Counted from the stretch's first letter, positions 39,601 to 51,547 are shown. The stretch is 64,000 nt of DNA from Cyanophora paradoxa CCMP329 (GCA_004431415.1 QPMI01000203.1:94641-158640); one strand, 5' to 3'. The notes: generated from the sequence alone by a model not told the origin. Translations and numbers: made by a program.

Positions 39601-41484
39601 ATGGCCGCGGCCTTCTGCTGCGCCCCGCCGACGCCCCCAGCTTACGCGGCGCGCACTGTCGTGCGGCGGCTCGCGGCAACTTGCAGCAGCGCCGCACGCA
39701 AACCGACTGTTCTGCGCGGAGTCGAGGAAGCCGGTGGCGCGGGGCACGTGCGGTCGTTCTTCGGGCGCGGCGCGCATCTCGGGCGACACAGAAGTAGTGG
39801 AAGCAGACGGGGCGAGGGCGGCATGTGCTTCGAGGCATTTGCTTCCTCCGCCATCGGCGCCTCCGCTGCCGCGAAGCTGCCGGAGGGCGTAGATGTGACG
39901 CGGGGGAAAGGCGTCGACATCTACTTCGCCGCCGCCTCGCCCGCGGCAGCCTGGGTTGAGAAGACACAGAGCTTGGTGCGTTTGCAAATCTCTTCTCGCG
40001 CGCCGCGGCCTCTGACTCCGGAGCCTTGCAGTGGAGCTATGCCGCGCTTGAAGTGGGCGGCGACGCGCAGACAATCCTCGCGGCGCTCTTCCGACGGTGC
40101 GGGCCTTTGCGTGCCCCAGGGCGCGCCGGCGCCGGGCCCGACGCGGGGCGGGTCGGGGGCGGGGCGGGCAGGGCGCCGGAGGGGCTGCACTACGCGCGGG
40201 AGGAGATGGAGGCGGAGGACGGCGGCCTCTTCGCCCTGGACTACGGCGTCGCCTCCGCCGGCGCCCCGCCCGACTCCATTGCCGACCCCGCCACCCCCGT
40301 CCTCCTCCTCCTCCCCGGTCCGCTCTGCACGCCCGCCCCGCCCCGCCACCGCACGTGATCGTGACCTTGCGGGGCGCGTGCAGGGCTCACGGGGGGCAGC
40401 GGGGACCGCTACATCCGCTTCTGCGCGCTGCACGCGCTGCGGAGTGGCTTCCGGCCGGTCGTGTACTGCCCGCGGGGCTCCTCGGGCCTCGCGCTGCGGA
40501 CGGCGCAGTTCTACTCGGCGAGCTTCACGGGGGACCTGCGCCAGGCCGTCGGCCACCTGAGGCGGCGCTACCCCGCGGCGCCCCTCTTCGCGGCGGGCTG
40601 GAGCCTCGGGAGCAACGTGCTGGTGCGGTACCTGGGGGAGGAGGGGGAGGGGGCGCCGCTGGCGGGGGCGGCGTCGCTGGCGAACCCGTGGTGCCTGGAG
40701 ACGTGCGACGCCAACTTCCGCGAGGGCGCCGTCCAGCGCCTCCTCTACGACCCCAAGCTCGCCTCCGGCATGCGCGCCATGTTCCAGCCGTGCCCGCCCC
40801 GCCCCCCCGCCCCGCCCCACCCAGCCCGGGGCGCTGAGCGCGGGGCGCCGGGCAGGCACGCGTCCCTCTTCGAGAGCTGCCCGCGCCGCTCCTACGACGT
40901 CCGCGGCGCCCTTAAGGCACGGCCCCGCCCGCCCGCCCACCCACCCGCTGGCCGGCCGGGGCGAGCGAGGGGCGGGGGCCGGGGCAGGCGCGGACGGTGC
41001 GGGAGTGGGACGAGGCGATCACGGTGCGGAGCTTCGGGTGGCGCGACACGGCGCACTACTACGCCGCGAGCTCCTCCAAGCTCGCCCTGCCCCACGTCGC
41101 CGTACCCCTCCTCTGCATCAACGCCCAGGACGACCCCATCGCCGTCGGCCACGCCGTGCCCTACCACACCCTCCCGTGCGGCCCCGGCCCCGGCCCCACC
41201 CTCGCCCCGCTGCGGCCTGCTCCCGGCCGCTGACGGGAACGCGCGACCACCGGCGGGGCCGCAGGGGTAACGAGAAGGTGGTGATGGCGGTGACGCGGCG
41301 CGGCGGGCACAACGGGTGGCAGACGGCGGCCGACCCCTTCGGCGCCCCCTGGACCGACGTCCCCCTCATCGAGTTCTTCCACACGCTCCTTAATTTCCCA
41401 CGCACGGCCGCCGGCAGCGCTAGCCCCGCGGACCCTCCAGCTGGCCCCGCCCCTGCCCCTCCCTCGACTGCGAGCCCCTCGTGA
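39601..41484 (+). CDS. Alpha/beta hydrolase, ABHD1-3/EMB8/YheT type, with a Phe-initiated transit peptide
   Basis: GGDAQT, DGGLFALD, LLLLP|GLTGGS, FYSASFTGDL, AAGWSLGSNVLVRYLGEEG (GxSxG), LLCINAQDDP, TRRGGHNGW. N-terminus MAAAFCCAPP. Confidence 0.9.
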
Positions 41485-41933
41485 CTGTACAATTTCGAGC
41501 ATTCAAGTCTGACGCGCGTGAATTCGAAGTAGCGCTAGCCTAGTAGCTCACGATGCGACGGGCACGATCGATGGGCGCCGGCGCCGGAGCGAAGTCTTTG
41601 TAACAGTGTACCCGCAGGTCCACTTCTGAACAGTCTTCTGTCAGTCTTTGACGCGTGGCCACCGCCGCCGTTCTCGAGCCCAGATCCAGCGAAAGCCCTC
41701 CTGCATTCGCCCGCCGCGCAAGCGGTCAAGCAGCCGCTCAGCATGTTCGCGCGGCTGCGCGAGCGGCTCCCGTCAGTCCCTCTTCCGAGCCCCGTGCAGG
41801 TCTGTGCGCTCGACGGCCCGTTCTCTCTTCTAGATAGCAAGCGCGCCGAGGCGTCGCGCTCTGCAGCGCGCTGGGCCGGGCGCTGACGCCGCTCTGCAGC
41901 GCGCTGGGCCGGGCGCTGACGGGCGCGCAGAAA

Positions 41934-43269
41934 ATGCTGTCAGGCGCAGCGCAGAGGGCACACTCGAGCACGGAGGGTTTGCGGCTTGTCGGGACATTGG
42001 CGCAGCAAGCTTCGCGCGCGCTGAAGACCAGGCTGCTGGGAGCGCCGACAGCTGTGCCGCCAGCGCCGCCGAGGGTCCTGGCATTCGTCCCGAACGCTAT
42101 TGAGGTGTTCGGGCAGGTGCGGGCGCTGAGCGAGCGCCGCCCGCGCGAGCGCTGCCGCCTGACGGCCTCGACGCCGCAGCTCCTGCCGGGGGCGCCGCTG
42201 GTGACGAGCCTCAAGGCGGGGGCGGGACCGACGCCAGCCGAGGGAGGCGGGCCGACGTACACCTGGCAGCGCGGCGTGAACGGGACGTACGAGGCCATCG
42301 CAGACGCCACCCGCGAGATGTGCGCACGCGGCCTCCGCCCCCCGTCCCTTTGCAGAGCTCGCTTCGGCGCCGGTCGACGGCGCTGGCGCGCAGCTATCAC
42401 GTGACGGTGTTCGACATCGGGTGCTCGCTGCGGCTTACGTTCATCAACGGACCCATTTCCTTTGATCTCGATCTTGGCATCGTTCAGCGCGGCAAGCCCC
42501 CTCCCACCGCGCCCCGCGTTGCCCGCGCTTGAGCTCACAGCTGGCCTGATCATGGGGAGGCGGCAGACGAGGCGATGTGGAAAGAGGTGCTAGGTCTGCT
42601 CGCGCAGGACGTCGTCGAGTTCCCCGGGGTCCGCCGCCCATGGCCACCCCACCCCGCCTCGCCCCGCCCCGCCCCCGCCCTGCGCGGGAGCGAGCGGGCG
42701 CCGGGCGGGGGCCAGCTGCTGCGGGTGACGGAGGCGGCGAACGCGGCGGCGGCGCTGCGGCTCACCCGCAAGGGCCTCCTCCTCGACGCCGGCCTCGTCA
42801 AGGTCCGCGCCGCCCCTCCCGCGCGGCCCGCCGCGGGGCGCGAGGGGGCGGGGCGGCAGTACGGGGCCGTCGGGGTCTTCTGCGACGCGGCGGACGGCTG
42901 CCGGCTGCTGGTCAAGACGAAGGAGGCGCCGAGCGCGTGCTACGTCTTCCCAAGCAGCCGCGACCGCGACCTCTTCTGCCTCGCATTCCGCACCCTGCGC
43001 GTGCGCCCCGAGGCCCCCGCCCCGCCCCGCTCCGCGCGGCGCCTCACGGGGGGCGGGGGCGGGGAGGACGACTGGGTGAGGCGCAAGGAAATCCAGAAGC
43101 GGATCCAGGAGAGTGGGGGCATGCTGAGCGCCCTCGCCATACAGGTTCATCCCCATCCATCCATCCATCTATCCATCTTGATCGCCAGGTTCAGAGCAAT
43201 GACTGGCCCGCGGCGACCCTCGGTGGCGGCGCGGCGCCCACGATGCCCGGCCCCGCAGTCGAGCCCTAG
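41934..43269 (+). CDS. Ig-like plus PH-like protein resembling the SCAB/AIR9-type Ig-PH module
   Basis: TYTWQR...AIADATREI|YHVTVFDIGCSLRL (A9/SCAB Ig-like) followed by YVFPSSRDRDLFCLAFRTL (PH-like C-terminal helix). Spliced stop at 43269. Confidence 0.5.
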
Positions 43270-43336
43270 CCCGGCCGGCGGCCCGCACAGACGGGGCCCG
43301 CCGCCATCTTGTACCTCCTCTCAGTCTCTTACGATA

Positions 43337-43553
43337 CTGTAAGGCTATTATTTTAGACGGGTATTAATATAGGCGCGGATAGACGAGGTAACCCATTCGT
43401 CTAACTTAATCCCCGCCTAACTGTGCACGACGCGGGTATATGATAGAACCGCCTGTATGGAGCAGGCAGCAGCTCGTCTAAATTTGTCCACGTCTGTTGT
43501 AGTGGGTGGGCAAACGTCTAAGTTTAAACCCGTCTATAATAATAGCCTTACAG
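43337..43553. mobile_element. 217-bp MITE, Tc1/mariner-pogo-like, with TA target-site duplication
   Basis: Left TA|CTGTAAGGCTATTATTTTAGACGGGT; right ACCCGTCTATAATAATAGCCTTACAG|TA. The 26-bp TIRs have one mismatch. AT-rich, non-coding, several internal TAGACG/CGTCTA motifs. Confidence 0.85.
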
Positions 43554-43831
43554 TATGACTCCAAAAATCTGAAACGTGCGCGGCCGGCGGCGAGCACACG
43601 TCGGCGACGGTCGCGGAGGCCCACGGCAAAACAGGGGGCGCGACGAGCTCGGGATGTTCCGGTCGATGCTTCATCTCGAGGGAGTACAGGGCATCGCTTT
43701 GTCAGCGCTAGCTGCGTCCGCTCTGCTCTACCGGCACCGATTGAAGGCGCTAGACGTCGGCAGCCCTGTGCAGCGCGCGCCGCGACAGGAAGGGAGCACG
43801 TCCGGCTGCCAGTGCGCCGGCCAGCCGGAGC

Positions 43832-45043
43832 TCACGGGCTCTTGCCGCCCTCGCCCTTCTTGGGACTCTCCTTGCGCTCCCGGTCCCCGCTACGGTCGCG
43901 CTCGCGGCTCCGCTCGCGCTCGCGACTCCGCTCGCGCTCGCGGCTCCGGTCCTTCCGATCGCGGTCGCGGCTGCGGCTGCGCTCCCTGCGCTCCTCCTTG
44001 CGGTCGGGGCTGCGGCTCCGGCTGCGGCGCGAGCGGCGGGGCGAGCGCGACCGGGAGCGCGACGTCCGCCGCCGCTTCTCCGCGCGATCCCCTGCCCGCC
44101 CCGCCTCAGCGACGCCGCCCCTGGGGACGGCCACGCCCAGCACGCGAGGCGGGCGCGGTACTCACGCGAGCGCGACCGCGAGCGCGAGCTGCGGCGGAAG
44201 GGTCAGCGGGCTGGAAAGGAGGGCGCCGGGTGGAGCGCACCGACGGCGGGGGCTTCGGGAGCGCTCACGGCTGCCGCCGCCGCCGCGCGGAGGGGACTGG
44301 TAGCGCCAGCCGGCAAGCGGAGGCTTGCGGGCCCACTGCAGGGTGATTGATCGGCCGTCGATGCGCTTGCCTTGAAGACCTGTCGGAAGCCTGCGATGAG
44401 CCGCCCGCGGCACTGACTGTGAACGCGCAGGCACGTACCGTCGAACTGAGGTGTTGCGCCGGGGCGAAATACGATGTAAATAAGGGAGGCGGCGAAGACA
44501 TAGGAGGGAGCCTTAGCTAAGAGGCCGCACCGCATCCTGCCATCAAGAGCGTCAGTGGCTCCCTTGATCGCAAATCCAAAGCAAGAAACTCGCCTCAGCG
44601 TCCCGGTCGTCGTCATACTCGATGAATGCGAAGCCCTTCGACTGACCCCCTGTACCACAGCAGTAAGCGTCGCGTCGATATGCGGCAGCTTCGCCCAATG
44701 ACCCTCCTCTAAACTCTGAGACACGCGAGCGAGAATGGGCGAACCCTGCCGGCCGCGTCAAGCCGGTCAGCGCGGCAGGCGAGGATACAAAGCTTATGCG
44801 GCGAATGCACGCACAGGAGTCGGCACGTCGCAGCGCCGCAGCTTGCCGTACTGCGCGGAGTGTCAGTGCTGCTCACCAGACCGATCCGCCGCGGGATAGA
44901 CCTTCGAGAAGTACTGCGCGAACACGAACGAGGCGTCGTCAGGCGAACACGATTGCAACTGGCGAAGGCGAAGGGCGGACCTCGGAAAGCGTCGCTGATG
45001 TTGTATCGAACGACAGCCCTCCCGCAAAGATTGTTTTCCCCAT
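43832..45043 (-). CDS. SR-type splicing factor (one RRM plus RS domain) encoded by microexons
   Basis: Spliced: MGKTIFAGGLSFDTTSATLSE|YFSK|YGKLRRCDVPTP|G|GQSKGFAFIEYDDDRDAE|DA|FDG|LQGKRIDGRSITLQWARKPP...RSRSRSPRRSRRSRSRSP. RNP2 is IFAGGL and RNP1 is KGFAFIEY. Confidence 0.9.
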
Positions 45044-45184
45044 GCTTCTCTCTCGCGGGAGATGGCCCGGAAGGACCTCCTCGCCGACTAAGCGACCTTC
45101 CCCAGGGGTACCCTCGACGTTGGCTCACAAGCGTACGCTGGACGCGGTTGGACGCTGGACGCGGTTGGACGCTGGACGACTTCG
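45044..45184. promoter_or_regulatory. 141-bp divergent interval with palindromic GGGTACCC and a 17-bp tandem repeat
   Basis: GGGTACCC at 45106-45113. cgctggacgcggttgga repeated ~2.5 times at ~45137-45178. Confidence 0.6.
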
Positions 45185-46868
45185 ATGCGCGGGACGCTCG
45201 CGCTGCTGAGCCTGGCCCTCACAGCCCTGGCGGTATCGGCTGCTGCTGCTAGAATCGATCAAGACGAGATGATGGATCAAGAGGAGATGATGGAGAAGCT
45301 CTCACGGCTCGAGCGATTCCTGGAGCGCGAGAAGCGTGAGCTGGACGCGCTTCCCAAGGTCAGTTTTTACCGGCGTCATGACGCGCGAGGGCCATTCGGG
45401 TTGCAGCTAGCGTGCTGCGGGGGAGCTGGGGCCGCAGGCTGACGTACGTCGAGCGCTGACACGCGGGCCGCAGGTCGACCCTCGCAGCCTTCCCCGGGGG
45501 CAAGTCGTCGCGGGGATGCTCGAGTCGAGATCTTTGAAGATTAGCTACCTCGGAATACGTGAGCTCTTTCAGTGTTTGGAGCTGTAGTACCTGCGGCGGC
45601 AGCGGCATCACCAAAAATTTGATCGAACTTGCGCCGCGCAGGGGATGTGAAGAGCCTGTTGCTTTTCTGTGCGCTCACGCGATGATCATAACAGCCTTAA
45701 TTCACACTGACACAATCCGCTTTAGCTAGCTAACACCACTTCTCTCTACGACCTGCACTACGCTAATTCGAAGTTCCGCAGTCTTTTTCGAGGACCGCCC
45801 GTGGATGCAGCTGCTGCTGTTTGGAATGATGCTCTGCGGTATTCTATTCTCTATATCGGTGGTACGGCTTGTAATCAGGGTGCGTGGTCAAGGGTTAATT
45901 TCGTCCAACTCTCGTCCAACTTTCGTCACTTCAGATGCGTCACGTGCGGCCGATGGAGGCGGAGCTGAAAGCTGAAGAAGTCTGCTTCACCCGCCTCGCG
46001 ATACTTGCTCAGAAAGCGGAGCTCGGCCGGAGGATGGCGAAGCAGAAGGACGAGCAGAAGAGGCTGGACGACGAGATCGACAAGCAGTCGGACCTCGCGG
46101 AGAAGAGCGCGGACAGGATCGTGCGCCGGGGCCCCCCTCTCGGGCGTCGCGGGCCGACGCGGGGCCGGGGCAGGACGAGATCCGGGCGAGGATGGACCGG
46201 GTGCCGAAGGCCCTCACGTGGCCCATCGGGGCGGGGGCGGCCCTCGTGTGCGCCCTGGGGGCGGCGGCGGCGCGGGAGGCCTTCCGGCGGGCGCTGCGGG
46301 CCAAGGCGCTCGCCGCCGAGGAGCTCTACCTCGCCTACCTCGAGCGCTGCGGGCAGCGGAACGCCTTCGCCGCCGACCCCGACTGGCTCGTCTCCCTCTG
46401 GACCCCCGGCGCCGCCGCCGGGGGCGCCGCCTTCGGCATGCCGCCCCCGCAGGACGGGCACTGCGGGGCCCTCGAGGCAGACCTCTCGGCGGCCAACCCG
46501 GGCCTCGTCTGGGGCGCCTTCGCCGCCGCCATGGCCCCCGCCGAGCTCGCCCGCGCCGCCCGCGAGGCCGCCGGGCTCGCCCGGGCGCCCCCTCCGACCT
46601 CGCCGTCCACGCCCTCCTCGCCACCCTCGTGCGGCCCCGCCCCGGGGGCCCCGCCGGCGCCTCCTAACGCGGCCCGCAGGCGCTGCTCCTCGCCTCCACC
46701 CTCGCACGCCGCTTCCTCAAGCAAGGCCCCGGCGCCGCCAAGGCCGGCGACAAGCCCGCCGGGGGCGAGGCGCCAGCGGCGGAGGCAGGGGCCCCGGCTG
46801 CGGCTGCAGCGGCTGCAGAGGAGCCCGAGCAGCACGCGCACGGTTGCGGCTGCTGCGGCGCCGGCTGA
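45185..46868 (+). CDS. Signal-peptide, multi-pass membrane protein of unknown function with a His/Cys tail
   Basis: MRGTLALLSLALTALAVSAAAA signal; TM segment WMQLLLFGMMLCGILFSISV; coiled coil; TM segment WPIGAGAALVCALGA; C-terminus EQHAHGCGCCGAG. One apparent frameshift in a C-run near 46590. Confidence 0.5.
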
Positions 46869-46934
46869 GCGCCCTTCACGTCGCCATCGAGTGCAATTGA
46901 AAAAAGAATGAGGAGACGGGGCGGGGGACGGGGC

Positions 46935-48872
46935 CTACGAGGGGACGGGGGAGGGCTCGGGGCCGGCGGAGGAGGGGCGGAAGGGCTTGGGAACGCGGGC
47001 CTGGCCGCCGATGTGAATGACGGGGGCGGGGGCGTGGAGGGGCACCGCGTCGAGGTCGGCGCGCAGGCGGCTCGCCCCGCTCAGCGCGCTCCCGCTCCCC
47101 GCCCGCGACGCCGCCCCGCTCCCCGCGACCCGCGGCGAGGCCCCCGCCACGGCTTTCCCCCCGGGGGCCCCAACAGCCCTCGCTGGGCGGGCGCCGAGCG
47201 GCGCGGCGACAGCGGCGCGGGGGTGGCGGCGCGGGCGGGGGCGTCGGGGCGCGGGGTGCGGAGCTTGGGGTCGGAGGGGGAGCGGGGCAGGGCCTTGGCT
47301 GCGGACTTGAGGATGTCGCTGGCCATGAGCGCCGCCTGCCGGTGCGCGCTGCTCGCCACGCTCGTGCCCCCGCCGAGATCGCCGTCCCCACGCTCGCCTC
47401 GCTCGCCCGCCGGCTCGCCGGCCCGGGGCCCGCGCTCGGCGGGGCGTGCCGGGCGGGGCGAGGGCGATGCGGGAGGAGCGCTCCACGTCCGCCGCGCGCT
47501 CCTCGAGCAGCCGGATCGCCGCCCTCCGCGCCGCCTTCGCCCGCCACGCCGCCTGCACCACCGCCGCCGCCCGCCCCAGCCGCCCTGCCCCGCGTCGCCC
47601 TCAGCGCGCCGCGCCGCGCCCGCGGCAGCGCAGCGGGCGTTGAGGGGCGCACCTCGAGGAGGCGCCGGGCGAGGGCGCGGCCGCGTGCGGCCCGGACGCT
47701 CGCCTGGATGACCGTGGCGGCGGCCCTGAGCAGCGGGGCCCGCTCGCGGGCGCGGGCCTCGGCGAGGGCGCGAGCGGCGCGGCGGCTCCGCCAGCACGCC
47801 GCGATGAGCTCCGAGGCGCCGTTGCGGGTCGCCACCTCAAGCCGCACGCGCTCGTACGCCCGCACGCGGTTCCGGTAGCTCCGGAAGGCCCGCTGCACCA
47901 CCAGCGCCGCCACGGAGCGGCCCTCCGCCGCCCGCCGCTCCCCCAGCAGCCGCCCGCGGTGCCGCCTCGCCAGCCAGATGCGCGCATTCCGCTGGATCTG
48001 CCCCGCCCTCAGCAGGCGGCGGCCCCCGCGCGGAGGGCCCCGCGCACCGTCAGCGTCGCGTCCAGCCGCGCCTGCTCGTGCGCCGCCCTCCGCGCCACCG
48101 CCTCCGCCTCCGCCTTGGCTTGCATCACCTCCGCTCGCCCCTTCGCTTCCTCCTCCGCCTGCGCGCCCCGGAGCGGTCGAGGGCGGGGAGGTGCAGCGAA
48201 CGGGAGGGCGGCCCGCGCCTTGGCGGCCCGCTCGGCCTCTGTGCGCATGAGCTTCTCCTTCTCCACCTTCTCCTTCCGCTGCCGCTCGTCTTCCTCTGCC
48301 GCTCGCGCCTGGAGTCCGCCCGTCGGCACGATGGCGGCGCGGGCGGCGGAGTGAGGCTCACTTTGGCTTTAGAGGCGGCGTCGAGGGTAGTATTGTGGTA
48401 CATCCCCGAGCCACGGAAGTCCTGCGCACGAGGGGTCAGGGCGGCGGCGGCGCTGCGGCAGGTGGCAAGCGGCGCGGACCTTGGTGAATGTGCCGTCGCG
48501 CCCGTGCTCCGGAGGCGTCAGCGGCTTGTGCGCGACGCGGGCCTCCGCGAGCTTCCCGAGCGCCGCGTTGAGGCGGCCCGGCGCCGGCGGGGCCGGGGGC
48601 GGCGCTGGAGGGGGCGGTCTGGGGCGTGGCAGTGCGGCGTAATGGACAGCGGGCGGCGGCGCGTGCTCAGGGATTTTGAGCGGTGCTGCGTCTCTCGTTG
48701 CTGGCGGGCACTTTGCCGAAAGAGGCCTCGAGAGGGGGCTGACGAATGCCGGTGCCGGCGCCGCTGCAGGCTGGGGCTGAGCAGCAGCGGAGCTCGCTCT
48801 GCTTGCCGCAGCGGATGCGAGGGCCGACGCCAGCGGCGTCGGAGTCCTCACGGCCGCCTCTCGCGCGCTCAT
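46935..48872 (-). CDS. IQ-motif (calmodulin-binding) coiled-coil protein
   Basis: AALVVQRAFRSY, ATVIQASVRAARGR, AAVVQAAWRAKAARR; Pro-rich N-terminus. Confidence 0.65.
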
Positions 48873-49157
48873 CGCGGGTTGCTAGCTAGAGCTGGTAACA
48901 GGCTTGAACGCTACTAGCTAAAAGCTACAAGCACCGCTAAAACCTCAAGGTCCGGCTCGAGCCCAGCGGCTCTGCAGCTTGGGGGCTCTGCTGCCGAGGA
49001 AGCCACCTCGCTGATGTCGGGTTCAAGATGAGTGTGCGAAGCCAGAGAGTGAGCTGTGTATGTTCGGCAAAAAAAGCGCTCCGGGTACAAGTGATTAGCA
49101 ACGAGCGCCAGAGGCATCCACTGGTCACTATAGCTAGTCAGTAGCGGCAGCCATACG

Positions 49158-49810
49158 ATGATGGAGGTGGAGTGCTACGCGAGCCCCAACAGGTGCGTCG
49201 CAGGCCAGGCGAACTCTCCCGCGTCGCGGGACGTCCGCGTCGCCGAACGCCTGATTCTTGAGCGCAGCTGCCGATCGAAAAGGAGGCTGTGCGATGGCCC
49301 GCTCCCGCCGCCGAAGCTGCGAACCGTATCCAGCGTACGCGCACCTTCCTTTTCCATGCCTGCTGATCAGTTATTCCGGCTTGCTAGCCTCAGGAACACA
49401 AGCTAGCGCTTCGGAGCCTTTCTTCTGCACCCCTGCAACGAGGTATGAAGGGCTTGGCCGCTCATTCGCCTCTCGAGCCTTCCTCACAGATCGAACGGCG
49501 ACGACGTGCTCTGTGTGCAACTGCGAGGGGCCCCTAGCGGCGCTCCTATGCAGATCTCAGCACTTGATCTGTAGAACGTGCCTCGATCAAGTCTACGTGT
49601 GCGCAAATCGTCGCTGTCCTTCCTGCAGTGAGGAGGTTCGCGTGCGCAATGCATTTGCAGCCTTTATGCGCTTATTCTAGCTTGTCGCGGCCGGCCGCGG
49701 TCGCAGTTCCCAGGGGTCGTTCTGGGCTTCACGTCCGCAGGCTGATCCTCGCCTTCTGGCAGTTAGCTTTCAACGTAGCAGATATAGACACCGGTGCAAG
49801 GTATGGCTAG
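49158..49810 (+). CDS. Small RING-HC-like zinc finger protein
   Basis: CSVCNCEGPLAALLCRSQHLICRTCLDQVYVCANRRCPSC (~49508-49627). Exon boundaries uncertain. Confidence 0.45.
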
Positions 49811-49911
49811 CTATAGGTCGTGCAGCTTTATAGACAGAAGGTATGTAGTCGCAATTTCCAGTTGAAAAAGTACCATATCTACGTGGCCTACTCCGCGAGG
49901 CGGGGGCGTCT

Positions 49912-51370
49912 TCACGCGTCGCGGGGGACTAGGGCCCTGACCTCGCCATTGGATATTGCGAAGTCCCGTCTGTGCGTCTTGGGGTCGCTCCCGGTCACAG
50001 CCGCCTGCAGGATCTGCCCGGCCCGCGCGCGTTTAGATCTAACGCTTCGAATTCCGGATCCACCGTGGCACGGCGCCCAACCGGCGCCGGCGCGGACGGC
50101 AAGGCCCGGAGCGGGCCGGTGGCAGGGGGGGGCCACCTGGAGGGTGTCGCCGTGTGAAACGAGGACGATGCGCTTGTTGCTCCACGCCTTCTCCGTCGAC
50201 GTCACGAAGGAGGAGACGCGCCCGAACACCTGCGCGGCCCCCGCGCTCAGCTGCAGCGCCCCGCCCGGCGGGGGCCAAGTGCACGACCGAGGCGAGGGGC
50301 AGCGCGGACCTCCAGGACGCTCTCCGCCCCGGCGTAGTGGCTGCCGGGCGACTCGTCAGGGCGGCGGGCCGCGTGGCGAGGGTTGGGCCCTCGGGAAGGC
50401 GCCAGGGGCGGCGACCTCGAAGGATCGCGGCTGTCAGCCTCCCAGACGGCTTCGCAGTTGCCCTCGACGGGCTTGCCCTCCAGGCTGCCGAAAAAGCGCT
50501 CGCGGAGCTCGAGGGCCACCCGCACCTGCGGCCCCGCGAGCGCGATCGATATCAGAGAAGTCGCCGCCCCCCGTCGCGATCTTATGTAGGAACGCCGGCG
50601 GAGCGCGAGGCGGCGCAAGGCGGGCCTGCTTGACGCGGCCGCACCTCCCCCCCGATCTCGCGTGCGATGATGTCCGCCGTCGCTTGTGCCCTCGTGAAGT
50701 CCGACGTGAAGATCAGCACCCGCCCTGGCGGAGCGCATCAAACCCAGCCTGGTGGAAGATGCATCATGACCCCCGTACCACCGCCGGCCGCGTCCGCAAC
50801 TTTCTGGGCCGTTTCGCTGCGAGCAGCGGGCGCGTGCCGGCCGGCCGCTTAGCTAAGGACATGTGCGCATGGGTTGAAATCCAGCGGGACGACAGACCGT
50901 GCCAGCTCCTTGCCGCGGCTGGTGAGTGCGCAGCGCTGGCCGAGTCCAATAACGGGATCCGAGCAGATGAAACCGCCGGCGTTTGCCGTCGATTCGCAGT
51001 GCCGGACGATCCAGTACCGGTTTCTGAAGGGACCCGTAATGGGTGATGCGGCGGCGGGATTCGCGTTCGCGACGAGCGCCGCCGCCGCGAGTGCTGCGAT
51101 AAACTGCCGCCTCGCTGCGCGCTCGGGGGCGGCGAATGCGCGCTCGGGGGCGGCGAATGCGCGCTCTTCCGCCTTCCCGCCTGCCGCCACCGGAACGTCG
51201 GCACGCCGCGCCTGGGCGCGCGCGTGCTCGCTGGCAGCCCGCGTTGGCCTCAAAGCTGCGCTGTACCGAAGACAGCGATGTACACGCGTGCCGCAGAACT
51301 CCGACTGCTTCGCGCGAACCGTCGCTGGCGTCGGTGCGATGAAAGCGCTCCGAAGCCGGCGCGCGTCCAT
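49912..51370 (-). CDS. Histidine phosphatase (phosphoglycerate mutase-like) with a bipartite transit plus twin-arginine-like signal
   Basis: NRYWIVRHCESTAN (RHG to RHC), IFTSDFTRAQATA, LRERFFG.LEG, GAESV, IVLVSHGDTLQILQ. Upstream ARRQFIAALAAAALVANANPAAA. Confidence 0.85.
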
Positions 51371-51547
51371 CTAGCTGTAGCGGACTCCGAGACAAGTGGC
51401 TGATCTGGTTGATCTGGGGCAAGGGCTCGCGCTCGCGCTCGCGAGCGCGTCCGATCAACACAGCTCTGAAGCCTGGCTCCGAGATTCGAACCGGGGCCTC
51501 GGCGATGCTAGAAAGGTCACTCCTCTGACGCACATTTTTAAGTACGA

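Noticed and set aside
42575-43342. MITE supplying the stop codon of the upstream ORF
   Set aside because: After removing the intron at ~43145-43188 the gene stops at 43269, before the element.
46580-46600. Apparent frameshifts (here and near 56330-56350) suggesting recoding or pseudogenes
   Set aside because: They fall in or beside C/G runs where consensus errors are likely. Long homopolymers at 14364-14387, 16373-16397 and 33845-33870 point the same way. Needs read-level checking.
51470-51520. tRNA-like GGTTCGAATC (B-box/T-loop) on the minus strand
   Set aside because: No D-arm, anticodon arm or acceptor stem can be formed.
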